From: Vulcanimicrobiota bacterium
Lineage (GTDB): Bacteria; Vulcanimicrobiota; Vulcanimicrobiia; Vulcanimicrobiales; Vulcanimicrobiaceae
Assembly: GCA_963820825.1 (NCBI GenBank)
Contig: CAWGBN010000006.1
Coordinates: 192,001-256,000, forward strand
Direction: 5' to 3'
Length of the DNA stretch: 64,000 nucleotides
Positions 8,748 to 18,446 of the stretch are shown in pieces. Each line of letters starts with the position of its first letter. Within the stretch, counting starts at the first letter, position 1. The position numbers were made by a program, and so were the translations under genes. The notes under the pieces are model-generated. The model was not told where the DNA came from. It made no database searches and saw only the letters and a list, made by a program, of their open reading frames with translations.

Positions 8748-9131
8748 CTAGGCAAAGAGTTCGAGCGCCTGTGAAATCCGTCGCGTTCGCTCGCCGGGAT
8801 GCGCGTTGAAGTAGCGCTCGAGCGCGTCGCCGCGGTCGAGTTTTGCGAGCGCACGGGCGGCCGCCAGGCAGACGCCTTCTGAGGGATCGTCGAGCGCGCG
8901 CTCGAGCATCGCGCGTGACGGTTCGTCGTCGAAGGCGGCCAGCGCGAATACCAGATCGCACCGCTCGGCCTCGGTGAGCGCCGCGAACTCTTCGCCGGCG
9001 GCCGTCGCCCATGGCCGCGCCGGCAGTGAGATCACCGGTTGCGCGCGAGGGCGCCGAGTGAGAAGCAATGCGAGCGCGATGCAGGCCAGCGCGAGCAGCG
9101 CTACCGCGACGATCGCGATCGTGCTGGTCAA
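8748..9131 (-). CDS. Membrane-anchored HEAT-repeat-like small protein
   Basis: N-terminal TM (IAIVAVALLALACIALALLL); LERALDDPSEGVCLAAARAL HEAT-like repeat; TTGA overlap with the upstream gene. Confidence 0.7.
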   Translation of the reverse strand: MTSTIAIVAVALLALACIALALLLTRRPRAQPVISLPARPWATAAGEEFAALTEAERCDLVFALAAFDDEPSRAMLERALDDPSEGVCLAAARALAKLDRGDALERYFNAHPGERTRRISQALELFA

Positions 9132-12100
9132 GCCTGCGCGGTCACGTGCAGCGAGGCGCACATCGCGTCGAGCGCCTCATCGAGCTCCGGGTCGTGGCGA
9201 TGCGCCAGCGCATCGATGAACTCGTTCGCTTCACCGGCTGCCAGCGCGTCGAACGATTCGATGAGACGCGCGCGGTATGCGGCATACGGCGGCTCGCCGT
9301 CGGGAAGCAGCCGCGCGAGGGCGGCCCACGGAAGCGCGCCGGCAACCTCGGCCGAATCGAGCCGCTCGGCAAAATCGTGCAGCTCGTCCCGGCCGGCGCT
9401 GCCGTTGAGCTCGAGCGTTGCCGACGGCGAACCCGTCGGAACCCCGTGCGCGGTCGCGGCTTCGTGGAGAAGACGCTCGATTGTGGCGCGCAGCGACGGG
9501 GTCTCGATGTCGCGCGGAGCGATCGCATAGCGCGGCAAACGCAGCTTGATAAAGAGCCGGTCGAACTCTTCGTGGAGGGACTCGCGCAGCGGCGCGAGCG
9601 CGCTGCAGTGTGCGTCGCCGATTGCACCGGGAAGGAAGGCGCGCACCGCAAAGAGGTGCGTGACCAATCCTTCGAAGCGCGCCTCGCGGAGAAACCGAAG
9701 TGTACGCGCCAGCTCGTCCGCGCCGAATCCGATCGTCGTTCCGACGCGCTCGGCACCCTCCGGCCGGACCGCTTCGACGGCTGCGCATGAGCTGCGCCGG
9801 ATAGGGCGCCCCGTTGCCGTCGCCGACCGGCGTCGCCGGCGGAAGCTCCAAGAACCGATCGGCCGCGATTGCGCGCGGCTCGCCGGCGAGCGGCGGGCCC
9901 GAGAACGCCGTCGAGTCCGAAGGGCAACCCGGGAATCGAGTTGGCAAAGAGCGGGGCGGCGCGCACCTTCAACTCGGGCGAAACGATGCACGTCTTCGCG
10001 GTCGCCGTCGTAGTCCAGGCGCGCGGTGTAGGCGATCGCTTCGCCCGCCGGCAGGCCGTTGTGCACGACGTCTCGCCAACCGATCGTCGCTTCGACGCCG
10101 GGGTCGACGTCGTTGAGCACGACGCCTTGCCCCGCAGCAAAGGGCGGTAGCGGCGCCGACGTCGCGGACCGGCACGTCGTTGACCGTCGTCGAGTTCGGC
10201 ACGTAGATAAGCGACATCGGGCTGATCGATCGCGATCCGCAGCGCGTCGCGCCAGCCCGTCGCCGCCGTTGCGCAGGTGCAGCACCCACTCTACCGTTTC
10301 GCCGACGTCGACGATCGTCGGCCGGTTCGCTGCGCAGCGTTCCGACCGAGAAGTCCGACTCGGCCAGCGTCGCGATCGTCAGGCGCGCGAGCGGCACGGG
10401 CAGCAGCGAGTCGGCGGTCAGCACGCCGTCGACGGTAACCGGATGCTCTTTGGCAAGGCTGCGCAGCAAGTCGCAGACCGAGGCGCGCTCGCGCGCGCGC
10501 GCCGGGCGATATCTCGCCGAAGAGTAGACGAGGAGCGTCTCGCGCGTCGCGCCTTCAACGCTCTCCAGCCGTGCCTCGGGCGAAATGTAGAGCCGCAGCG
10601 CAACGTTTTGGGCAACGTCGCTTCCGGCGTTCGTAACGCGAACGTCGATCTGCGCGAGTTGGTTCGGCCGAAGCGCCGCGTCGTCGGCGAGCTCGAGACG
10701 CGAGCTCTCCTCGCTGAAGACCGGATGCGAATCGACGCGCCAGAATGCGTCGCCGAGCGACGTTTCACCGAGTTCGCGCGTATGCAGGCTCGCACCGACG
10801 CGCAGCTCGGTGCGGTCGGAACAGGGTGCCGGAACGCGCGCGCGAATCGCGAGCCGGCGCGTCGACGTACGCGTCGAGCGCGCCGAGGTCGACGGTGTCG
10901 CGCTCCAACGCCAATCGGATGGTACCGTCGAAGACGGCGCACTTCGTTGAGCGCCGGCTCGATGCGCAGATGGAGAACGCCGTCGTCGCGCGGCGGCGCT
11001 GTCCGTCGTTGGTCACGTTCACGACGGCCTCGATCTGCTCGCCCGGACGTACGGTCGCGCTGCCGCGGCGTTCGATCGCGTTGCGGCGCGGCGCGAATGC
11101 CGGTTTCGGAGTGCACCGCGATGCTGCACTCCACTCGGCGCGCCGCGTCGGGCGGCGCGGGCTCCCACTCGAGCGTGGCGCTTGCCGTCAGCACGCTGCC
11201 GTCGGCGAGCGGCGATGCGACGATCGTTTCCACGCGCAGCGTTACCGCCTCGCCGGCGTCGATCTTTCCGAGGTGAAAGCGCGAGCGGTTCTTTCCGGCG
11301 TTCGCGCACCGGCTGTCCGTCGATGCTCGACGCGCCGCGCACCCAGACGAGCGCTTCGGGGAGCTCGATCGTTGCGTGCACGCGCTCGGCGCCGGCGCTT
11401 CCCGCGTTATGCGCGGTCAAGAGCAGCGCGACGCGCTCGCCGGGGCGCACGTTCGTCGCGGGTTCGGCGCTCAGCGCCGTGGCGTCGTCGCCGAACGCGG
11501 GCGCGGCGACGATCGTCAGCGAGCCCGGCTCGAGCGCGAAGCCGGGCGTCTCTTGCGACGCGACCTGCGCGCGCGCCGACGATCTGCGACTCGTTGGCCA
11601 GCGGCTTGTCGATGCGTATCCGGTAGACGAGCGTCGCCGACGCTCCGGCGGGCAGCATCCGCACCACGACCGGCGCGTAGATGCGGTCGAACGCGGAGCC
11701 GAGCTCGCGCTCGAACTCGCGCCCGTTGACGCGCACCGATCCGGGAACGTAGACGGCGTGCTCGGGAATCGGTACGACCGACGACGACGTCGTGCGCGCT
11801 CGATTCGCCCGGCGTTATGAATTCGCAGCGTGACCAGCGCCTCGGAACCCGGGCACCGGATCGTAGTGAGGCTCGATCGCGATCTGGGTCAACGCGTTGC
11901 GAAGCTGCGGACGGCTGCGCACGACCAATCGCACGACGTTCGAACCGACCGGCGCGAGCTCGAACGAAGCGACGCGCCGCCTGCAGCTCGACGATCGTTC
12001 CGTTCTCGATCGCGCCCGCGACGCTGTAGGCGATCTCGACGTGGCGCTCTTCGCCGGGAAGTACGTCGCCGATGTGCGCGCCGGTACGCGCGATCAGCGG

Positions 12101-12356
12101 CGAGTTACCGACGTCGTCGTCGAGATCGTTGCCGTCGAGCTCGCCCGCTGCCGACGAGATAGACCAGATCCGTCGGGGACGTTGAAACGCACGCGCACGC
12201 CGGTCGCCGTCGCACCGCCTTGGTTGCGAAAGGTGAACGTCGCGTCGCACCGTCATCCCAGGTTCCAACTCGCGGTCGGGCGAAACGACGAGCGTTCGGA
12301 GGCCCTCGGGCAGCGTCGGTGCTCCTGGCGCGAAGACTTCCGACAGAGGTGCGCAT
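9128..12356 (-). CDS. Large protein with six DUF11-like beta-sandwich repeats and a helical C-terminal domain (many frameshifts in this sequence)
   Basis: Stitching frames gives six repeats of T/V-x-x-N-x-G-x3-A-x2-V, e.g. TFRNQGGATATGVRVRFNVP, LTAHNAGSAGAERVHATIELP, LHLRNGGDGLARR..YVPNSTTVND. Start uncertain. Confidence 0.7.
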
Positions 12357-12420
12357 GACGCGGGGACGTTTCGCCGCCCGCGCAGGCGTGCTCCCGCGAC
12401 AGCAGTAGGAAGGAGTCACA

Positions 12421-13626
12421 ATGCTCGCAGTTCACGAAGATCGGCATCGCCGCCGCCGTCGAACGGCTCGGCTCCGAGAACGCCTTCGAAGTGCTCGCGC
12501 GCGCGCGCCAGCTCGAAGCGCAGGGCCGGCGCGTCGTGCATATGGAGATCGGCGAACCCGACTTCGATACGCCCGAGCATATCAAGAAGGCAGCGGTCGA
12601 CGCGCTCTACGACAACCACACGCACTATACGCCGTCGGCGGGCATGCCCTCGCTGCGCGCCGACGATCGCCGAGTACGCGAGCCGGTTCCGCCACATAAC
12701 GCCGGCGTGGGGCGCCGGAGAACGTCGTCGTGGCGCCCGGCGCCAAACCGGTCATTTGGAATATCGTTGTCGCGCGCTGCTCGATCCGGGCGACGAGTTC
12801 GTCTACTTCGACCCGGCCTATCCGGCCTATGCGTCGTGCGCGAGCTATCATGCAAGCGAACGTCCATGCGATACCGCTGCTCGAGTCGCGAAACTGGCGG
12901 ATGGATCTCGACGAGCTGGCGCGGCGTGTCTCCTCGAAGACCAAAGTCGTGGTCATCAACTCGCCGCATAATCCGACCGGCGGCGTGCTGACCACGAGCG
13001 ACCTCGAGCTCATTGCCGAGCTGGCCCAGCGCCACGATTTCCTCGTTCTCGCCGACGAGATCTACAGCCGCAACTTCTATCTCGGCACCGAGTACGTCTC
13101 GATCGCCTCGCTTGCCGGGGATGCGCGAGCGCACGATCGTCGTCGACGGTTTTTCGAAGGCCTACGCGATGACCGGTTGGCGACTCGGATACGCGATCAT
13201 GCCCGAGCGCCTTGCAAAGACGGTGACGCTCTTCAACAACAACACGTTCAGCTGCGTCGCGACCTTCGTGCAGATGGCCGGAATCGCCGCGCTGACCGGA
13301 ACCGACGAGCCCGTGCTGCGCATGAACGAGATCTTCCGCGCCGCGCCGCGACCGCCTCGTGAACGGTCTCAACGAAATCCCCGGCATCTCGTGCACGCTG
13401 CCCGAAGGCGCATTCTACGCCTTCCCCAACGTCATCGTCGATCACGCAGGACGACCGCGCGCTCGCGAAGTTCTTGCTCGAGGAAGGCGGCGTCGCGTGC
13501 GGCGGCGGCTCGTCGTTCGGCGCGGCCGGCAAAGGCTATCTGCGCTTCTCCTACGCGGCCTCGCTGGAGGATATCGACTGGGCGCTCCAATCGATCCGAG
13601 AGACGCTGCCGAAGTTTAAAGGTTAG
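12421..13626 (+). CDS. PLP-dependent class I/II (aspartate-type) aminotransferase (frameshifted in this sequence)
   Basis: SD AGGAAGGAG; IGEPDFDTP, INSPHNPTG, LADEIY, DGFSKAYAMTGWRLGY, GAFYAFP, YLRFSYA spread across frames. Confidence 0.9.
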
Positions 13627-13963
13627 CTTTACGCAGAGCCGCCGCGACGTCGGGGCGGCTCCGCGCGAGCCATTCCAGCGCCGCGGCCGCGTCTACGGAA
13701 CATCGGAAGCCGCTTCGCAGTCCGCCGTGTCGAAGGTACATGACGTACTGCAGCACGTCGGCTAGGGCATCGTTTGCGGCAAGGCAGTGGGCGGCAAGGT
13801 CGCGGGCGAAGCGATCTCCGCGCCACGAGTCGCGAGCCAACGCGACGATCGTCTCCGCCGGAGCGGTTGCGAACCATCCGCTGGCGTCCAACTCGGCGCG
13901 CTTCGCGAAATCGCTGCTGGAAATCGCCGCCGGAATCGCCGGGCGGCGCACTCGTTTTGCCAC
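13616..13963 (-). CDS. Hypothetical protein
   Basis: Protein-like ORF (DASGWFATA...GFRCSVDAAAALEWLARSRP); GTG at 13963 lies 8 nt after TATGGT. Confidence 0.55.
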   Translation of the reverse strand: MAKRVRRPAIPAAISSSDFAKRAELDASGWFATAPAETIVALARDSWRGDRFARDLAAHCLAANDALADVLQYVMYLRHGGLRSGFRCSVDAAAALEWLARSRPDVAAALRKANL

Positions 13964-14013
13964 CGTTTCGCACCATACACCGCGGCGCTGCTGCGCGGCA
14001 TCCGCCGATCGGA

Positions 14014-14187
14014 CTATCCGGACGGACTGAAATGCTCGGGCCAAATCTCCGGCGCGATCGCGCGCAGGAGGGCGCCGTGCTCCGCCGGCCGGCCCTCTTG
14101 CTGATCGTAGGCCATAATGAGCAGCAACTTTTGAACGACCCGAAGATCTTCGTGCAGCTGCGCCGGGTCAAACGATGGGTCGGGCAT
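14014..14187 (-). CDS. Small hypothetical protein (57 aa), not in ORF track
   Basis: SD AAAGGA then MPDPSFDPAQLHEDLRVVQKLLLIMAYDQQEGRPAEHGALLRAIAPEIWPEHFSPSG*. Confidence 0.55.
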   Translation of the reverse strand: MPDPSFDPAQLHEDLRVVQKLLLIMAYDQQEGRPAEHGALLRAIAPEIWPEHFSPSG

Positions 14188-14230
14188 TCGGGTTCCTTTC
14201 CGATGAAGTTCTTTTTTGGGAGGTCTAGAG

Positions 14231-15229
14231 TCAGATTAGTTTCATCGCCCGTTTGACGTCGGCCAGCACGCCGGCGGCGATCTCGCGTGCGCGAACGGTA
14301 CCGTCGGCGATGATCCCCTCGACCAACCCGGGCTCGCTGCGGTAGGCGTGGTAGCGCTCGCGCACCGGCCGCAAATAGAGGTTGAGCTGTTCGGCGAAGT
14401 CCGTCTTGTCCGCAACGCATCCGAGTGCGCCCGAGCGGCACTCGGCGGCGATGCCGTCGAGTTTGAGCGGATTGACGAAGCGCCACAAGGCGAAGAGCGG
14501 GCAGATCTCCGGGCGTCCGGGATCGCCGCGCCGGACCTTGAGCGGATCGGTCATCATCGCGCGGACTCTTTTCGTCGTCGTCTCTTCGTCGTCGGCGATG
14601 AAGATGGCGTTGTCGTAGGATTTGCTCATCTTTCGGCCGTCGGTGCCCGGCACTTCCGGAAACTCCGAGAGCGTCGCCTGCGGCTCGACCAAGATCGTCG
14701 CTCCGTTGCCGTAGAGATAGTTGAAGCGGCGCACGATCTCGCGTCCCAGCTCGAGATGGGCGACCTGATCGCGTCCGACCGGCACGTACTCGCCGCGAAA
14801 GATCGCGATATCGCAGAGCTGCAAGAGCGGGTAACCGAGGAACCCGTAGGTCGCGATCTTCTGCCCGAGCGCCTCGATTTGGCCCTTGTATGTCGGCACG
14901 CGCTCGAGCCAGGAGACCGGCGTAATCATCGCGAGCAGCGCCTGCAGCTCGCCGATCTCGGGAACGCCCGACTGCAAGAAGATCGTCGCGCGTTGCGGAT
15001 CGACGCCTGCGGCGAGCCAAACGGCGACCATCTCGTCGCGCGCACCGCGAATCTTTGAGGGATCGTCGAAGTCGGTCGTATACGCGTGCAGATCGGCGAT
15101 CTCGAAGAAGGCGTCGGCCGTATCGCAGTAGTTCGCCCACTGCGTGAGCACGCCGACCAAATGGCCGAGATGGAGGTCGCCGGTCGGGCGCATGCCCGAC
15201 ATCACGCGCGGCTTCTGCGATTGCGACAT
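14231..15229 (-). CDS. trpS: Tryptophan--tRNA ligase
   Basis: SGMRPTGDLHLGH (HIGH), VPVGRDQ, KMSKS. Confidence 0.97.
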   Translation of the reverse strand: MSQSQKPRVMSGMRPTGDLHLGHLVGVLTQWANYCDTADAFFEIADLHAYTTDFDDPSKIRGARDEMVAVWLAAGVDPQRATIFLQSGVPEIGELQALLAMITPVSWLERVPTYKGQIEALGQKIATYGFLGYPLLQLCDIAIFRGEYVPVGRDQVAHLELGREIVRRFNYLYGNGATILVEPQATLSEFPEVPGTDGRKMSKSYDNAIFIADDEETTTKRVRAMMTDPLKVRRGDPGRPEICPLFALWRFVNPLKLDGIAAECRSGALGCVADKTDFAEQLNLYLRPVRERYHAYRSEPGLVEGIIADGTVRAREIAAGVLADVKRAMKLI

Positions 15230-15269
15230 CACCGGCGCCAAGTACTGAAGATCGAAGGCGAAATCATCC

Positions 15270-16001
15270 TCAATGGCGCGCCAGCTGCGCGCGCACGAAG
15301 GCCCGCGCCGCGCGAACCGCGTGCGCGATCGGCGTTCCGGCCGCGAGCTCGCACGCGAGCGCCATCGCGAGGGTGCAGCCGGTTCCGTGCATCGAGCCGG
15401 CGATCCGCGCCTCGCTGAAGATCTCGACGCCCTCGACGGTGGCAAGCGCGTCGGCCGGATCGCCGTCGAGATGGCCGCCCTTGAGCAAGACCGCGGCCGC
15501 TCCGAACGCGCGCAAAGAGACGGCGGCCTCGCCGATTGCGTCGCGACCGATCGCCGGAGCTCCGAGCAAGAAGGCGGCCTCGTCGAGATTCGGGGTGAGG
15601 ACGACGCTGCCAAGACTCACGAGCTCGTCGCGAACCGCGCAGCACGCGGCGCTCTCGGCGAGCTCGCCCCCGCTGCTCGCACTAAAGACCGGATCGACGA
15701 CCGCCGGGAGCCACGGGCGCAGGCGCAACGGCTCGGCGACGGCCCGCACGGCCGCGACCGTCGGCAAGGCACCGACGCGAACCGCCCCGGCTGCCTCCCA
15801 TGGCAGCGTCGCGAGCTGTGCGGCCAGAACGTCGGCTGGAATCGCATGGAGCGCCGTTACTCCCCGTCCATCTTGGGCGCTGACCGCGGCGACTGCGGTG
15901 AAGACCCGCACGCCAAACTCGCCCGCCACGACGATATCGCGGCCGACGCCTGCAACGTTCCACGGATGCGTCGTACCGATCGAGAGGACGATCGCGCTCA
16001 C
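15270..16001 (-). CDS. thiD: Hydroxymethylpyrimidine/phosphomethylpyrimidine kinase (divergent)
   Basis: VVDPV, LTPNLDEA, VLLKGGH, HGTGC; coupled to thiE by GTGA overlap. Confidence 0.85.
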   Translation of the reverse strand: MSAIVLSIGTTHPWNVAGVGRDIVVAGEFGVRVFTAVAAVSAQDGRGVTALHAIPADVLAAQLATLPWEAAGAVRVGALPTVAAVRAVAEPLRLRPWLPAVVDPVFSASSGGELAESAACCAVRDELVSLGSVVLTPNLDEAAFLLGAPAIGRDAIGEAAVSLRAFGAAAVLLKGGHLDGDPADALATVEGVEIFSEARIAGSMHGTGCTLAMALACELAAGTPIAHAVRAARAFVRAQLARH

Positions 16002-16630
16002 GCCGCCCTCTTCCACGCGTTCACGAGCTCGGCAGCGGCCGAAAACGGGTCGGCGGCGCCGGCGATCGCCGAGATGACTGCGGCCATCGCCGCGCCGGAG
16101 CGCCGCACCTCGCCAAGCCGCTGCGCGTCGATTCCGCCGATCGCCGCGACGGGCACCCGGCTCGCGCCGGCGAGCGCGCGCAGCCCCGCGCTTCCGATCG
16201 GGCTGCCCGCATCGGATTTCGAGTACGTTGCGTAGACCGAACCGATGCCGAGATAGTCGACGTCGCTCGCGTTTGCGGCGCGTACTTCAGCGATCGTACC
16301 GCACGAGAGCCCGACGAGCCGTTCGCGCAGCGCTTGCCGAACCGGCGCGAGGCGATCGAACCCGGCATCGCCGGGGCCAAGATGGACGCCGTCGCAATCG
16401 TACTCGAGCGCGGCCTTCCAGTCGTCGTTCACGACGAGCAGCGCGCCGCATTCGCGCGTCAGCGCGCGCAGCGCTCGAATACGATCGCCGTCGATGCCCT
16501 TTTTCGCGCGGTATTGCACGAGTCGCACGCCCGCAGCGAGTACCGCTCCTGCGAGTTCGAGCGCGCGCGGCTCTTCGTTGACGATGACGTAGATTCCACG
16601 GAGCAGCTCGGCGCGCTGCGAACGCGTCAT
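15998..16630 (-). CDS. thiE: Thiamine-phosphate synthase
   Basis: VQYRAK, LVVNDD, GVHLG, DYLGIGSVYATYSK, AIGGI, AVISAI. Confidence 0.93.
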   Translation of the reverse strand: MTRSQRAELLRGIYVIVNEEPRALELAGAVLAAGVRLVQYRAKKGIDGDRIRALRALTRECGALLVVNDDWKAALEYDCDGVHLGPGDAGFDRLAPVRQALRERLVGLSCGTIAEVRAANASDVDYLGIGSVYATYSKSDAGSPIGSAGLRALAGASRVPVAAIGGIDAQRLGEVRRSGAAMAAVISAIAGAADPFSAAAELVNAWKRAA

Positions 16631-16806
16631 TCGCCCCGTCGCGTGCGCTGCCACAGCATCACGTTTGCAGTGAGATAGCCAAAGAAGACGACGACGACGA
16701 GAAGTGCGACCCACGCGTGATGCGTTGCGAACGACATCGGCACGAGAAATGCAAAGCAGAGAACCGCGGCCATCAGCAACGCAATGATGCGCGAAAAGGG
16801 AAGCAC
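16627..16806 (-). CDS. Small two-TM membrane protein (59 aa), not in ORF track
   Basis: GTG 6 nt after the parB stop: MLPFSRIIALLMAAVLCFAFLVPMSFATHHAWVALLVVVVFFGYLTANVMLWQRTRRGE*; its stop overlaps the thiE ATG (ATGA). Confidence 0.7.
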   Translation of the reverse strand: MLPFSRIIALLMAAVLCFAFLVPMSFATHHAWVALLVVVVFFGYLTANVMLWQRTRRGE

Positions 16807-16812
16807 GCGCCG

Positions 16813-17676
16813 CTACTCTTCTTCTATGCCGAGCAGGAGATCGCCGAGGCGTTGCAACTCCTCGTCGCCGGAGAAGCGGAGCTCGATCCGGCCGCCGCGC
16901 CCCTGCCGAACGAGTGCGGCGGGGACGCCGAACCGCTCGCGCAGGCGCGCTTCGAAATCGCGCTCGTCGGGGGAGAGCGCGCGGACCGCCGGACTCTTCG
17001 GCGGCGTCTCCGCGGCGGAGGCTGCGAGCCGCTCGAGCGCCCGCACGGACAAGGCTTCGTTGGCGGCACGCTGCGCGAGCACGACCCGCTGCGCCTCCGG
17101 GGCCGAGAGCAGCGCCCGAGCGTGGCCGGCGGAGAGCCGGCCGTCGACGAGCATCGTCTTGATCGCGTCGGCGAGCGAGAGGAGACGCAGGGTATTGGCG
17201 ACGGTGGGCCGGCTCTTCCCGAGCCGCCGTGCGAGCTCTTCCTGCGTCAGGTCGTACTCGTCGAGGAGGTACTGAAAGCCGGCGGCCTCTTCGAGCGGAT
17301 TGAGATTCTCGCGCTGCAGATTCTCTACGATCGCAAACTCGAGCGTCTGACGGTCGTCGCTCGTACGGACGATCGCCGGAATCGTCGCACGCATCAGCGC
17401 GGCGCAGGCGCGCCACCGCCGTTCGCCGGCGATGAGCTCGTAGCCGTCGCCGCGGCGCCGAACGATGATCGGCACCAGCACGCCGTACTCCGCAATCGAC
17501 CTCTTGAGCTCGTCGAGCGTAGCGCTGTCGAAACTCTTGCGCGGCTGAAATGGGTTCGGCGTGATTTCGGCGACGGGAATTTCGCGCACGACTTCGTGCG
17601 AGCTCGCGACCGGCACCGCCGTATCGCCGAGCAACGCCGCCAAACCGCGGCCCAGACCGCGTTTCGGCTCGCTCAT
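16813..17676 (-). CDS. parB: Chromosome partitioning protein ParB/Spo0J
   Basis: KRGLGRGLAALL, NPFQPRK, IAGERRWRA, ENLQRENL, HTH GKSRPTVANTLRLL. Confidence 0.98.
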   Translation of the reverse strand: MSEPKRGLGRGLAALLGDTAVPVASSHEVVREIPVAEITPNPFQPRKSFDSATLDELKRSIAEYGVLVPIIVRRRGDGYELIAGERRWRACAALMRATIPAIVRTSDDRQTLEFAIVENLQRENLNPLEEAAGFQYLLDEYDLTQEELARRLGKSRPTVANTLRLLSLADAIKTMLVDGRLSAGHARALLSAPEAQRVVLAQRAANEALSVRALERLAASAAETPPKSPAVRALSPDERDFEARLRERFGVPAALVRQGRGGRIELRFSGDEELQRLGDLLLGIEEE

Positions 17677-18446
17677 GCCGGCTGCCGGACCGGTTCGAGC
17701 ATCTCGCGCGCGAGCGCGAGGTAGGCCTGCGCGCCGCGGCTCTTCGGATCGAAGAGAATCGCCGGTTTGCCGTAGGAGGGCGCCTCCGAGAGGCGCACGT
17801 TTCGCGGAATCTGCGTCTTGAAAATCTGCTGCGGAAAGTACTTCTCGAGCTCGCGAATGACTTCCATCGCCAGCCGCGTCCGTCCGTCGAACATGGTGAC
17901 GAGCACGCCGCTGACGTGCAATCCCGGATTGAGCGCGTCGCGCACGCGCCAAATCACTCCGGTAAGCTGAGCGAGCCCTTCCAGCGCGTAGAATTCCGCT
18001 TGTACCGGAATGATGCACTCGTCCGCCGCGGTGAGCGCATTGATCGTCAAAAGCCCAAGCGACGGCGGCGAATCGAGCAGCACGAAATCGTAGCGATCCC
18101 TCATTGATGCGAGTGCCTGTCGCAGACGCGTTTCGCGGCTGAGCGCCGCGACGAGCTCGACGTCGGCTCCGGCGAGATTGATCGTCGCGGGGGCGAGCGA
18201 CAAGTTCTCGATCTCCGTGGGCACGACGATCTCTTCGAGCGGAACCTCTTGCATCAGCACGTGATAGATGTCGTGCGCCAAGCGCGTTTTGTCGATGCCG
18301 AAACCGGTCGTGGTATTCCCTTGCGGATCCGTATCGATGACGAGCACGCGCTTTCCGTTCACCGCGAGCGCGGCGCCGAGATTGACGGCGGTCGTGCTCT
18401 TCCCGACACCGCCCTTTTGATTCACGAGCGCGATGATGCGGCTCAG
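17673..18446 (-). CDS. parA: ParA/Soj ATPase
   Basis: IIALVNQKGGVGKSTT deviant Walker A, DTDPQGN, DSPPSLG, IPRNVRLSEAPS. Start proposed at CTG 18446 with SD AGGAG. Confidence 0.97.
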   Translation of the reverse strand: MSRIIALVNQKGGVGKSTTAVNLGAALAVNGKRVLVIDTDPQGNTTTGFGIDKTRLAHDIYHVLMQEVPLEEIVVPTEIENLSLAPATINLAGADVELVAALSRETRLRQALASMRDRYDFVLLDSPPSLGLLTINALTAADECIIPVQAEFYALEGLAQLTGVIWRVRDALNPGLHVSGVLVTMFDGRTRLAMEVIRELEKYFPQQIFKTQIPRNVRLSEAPSYGKPAILFDPKSRGAQAYLALAREMLEPVRQPA

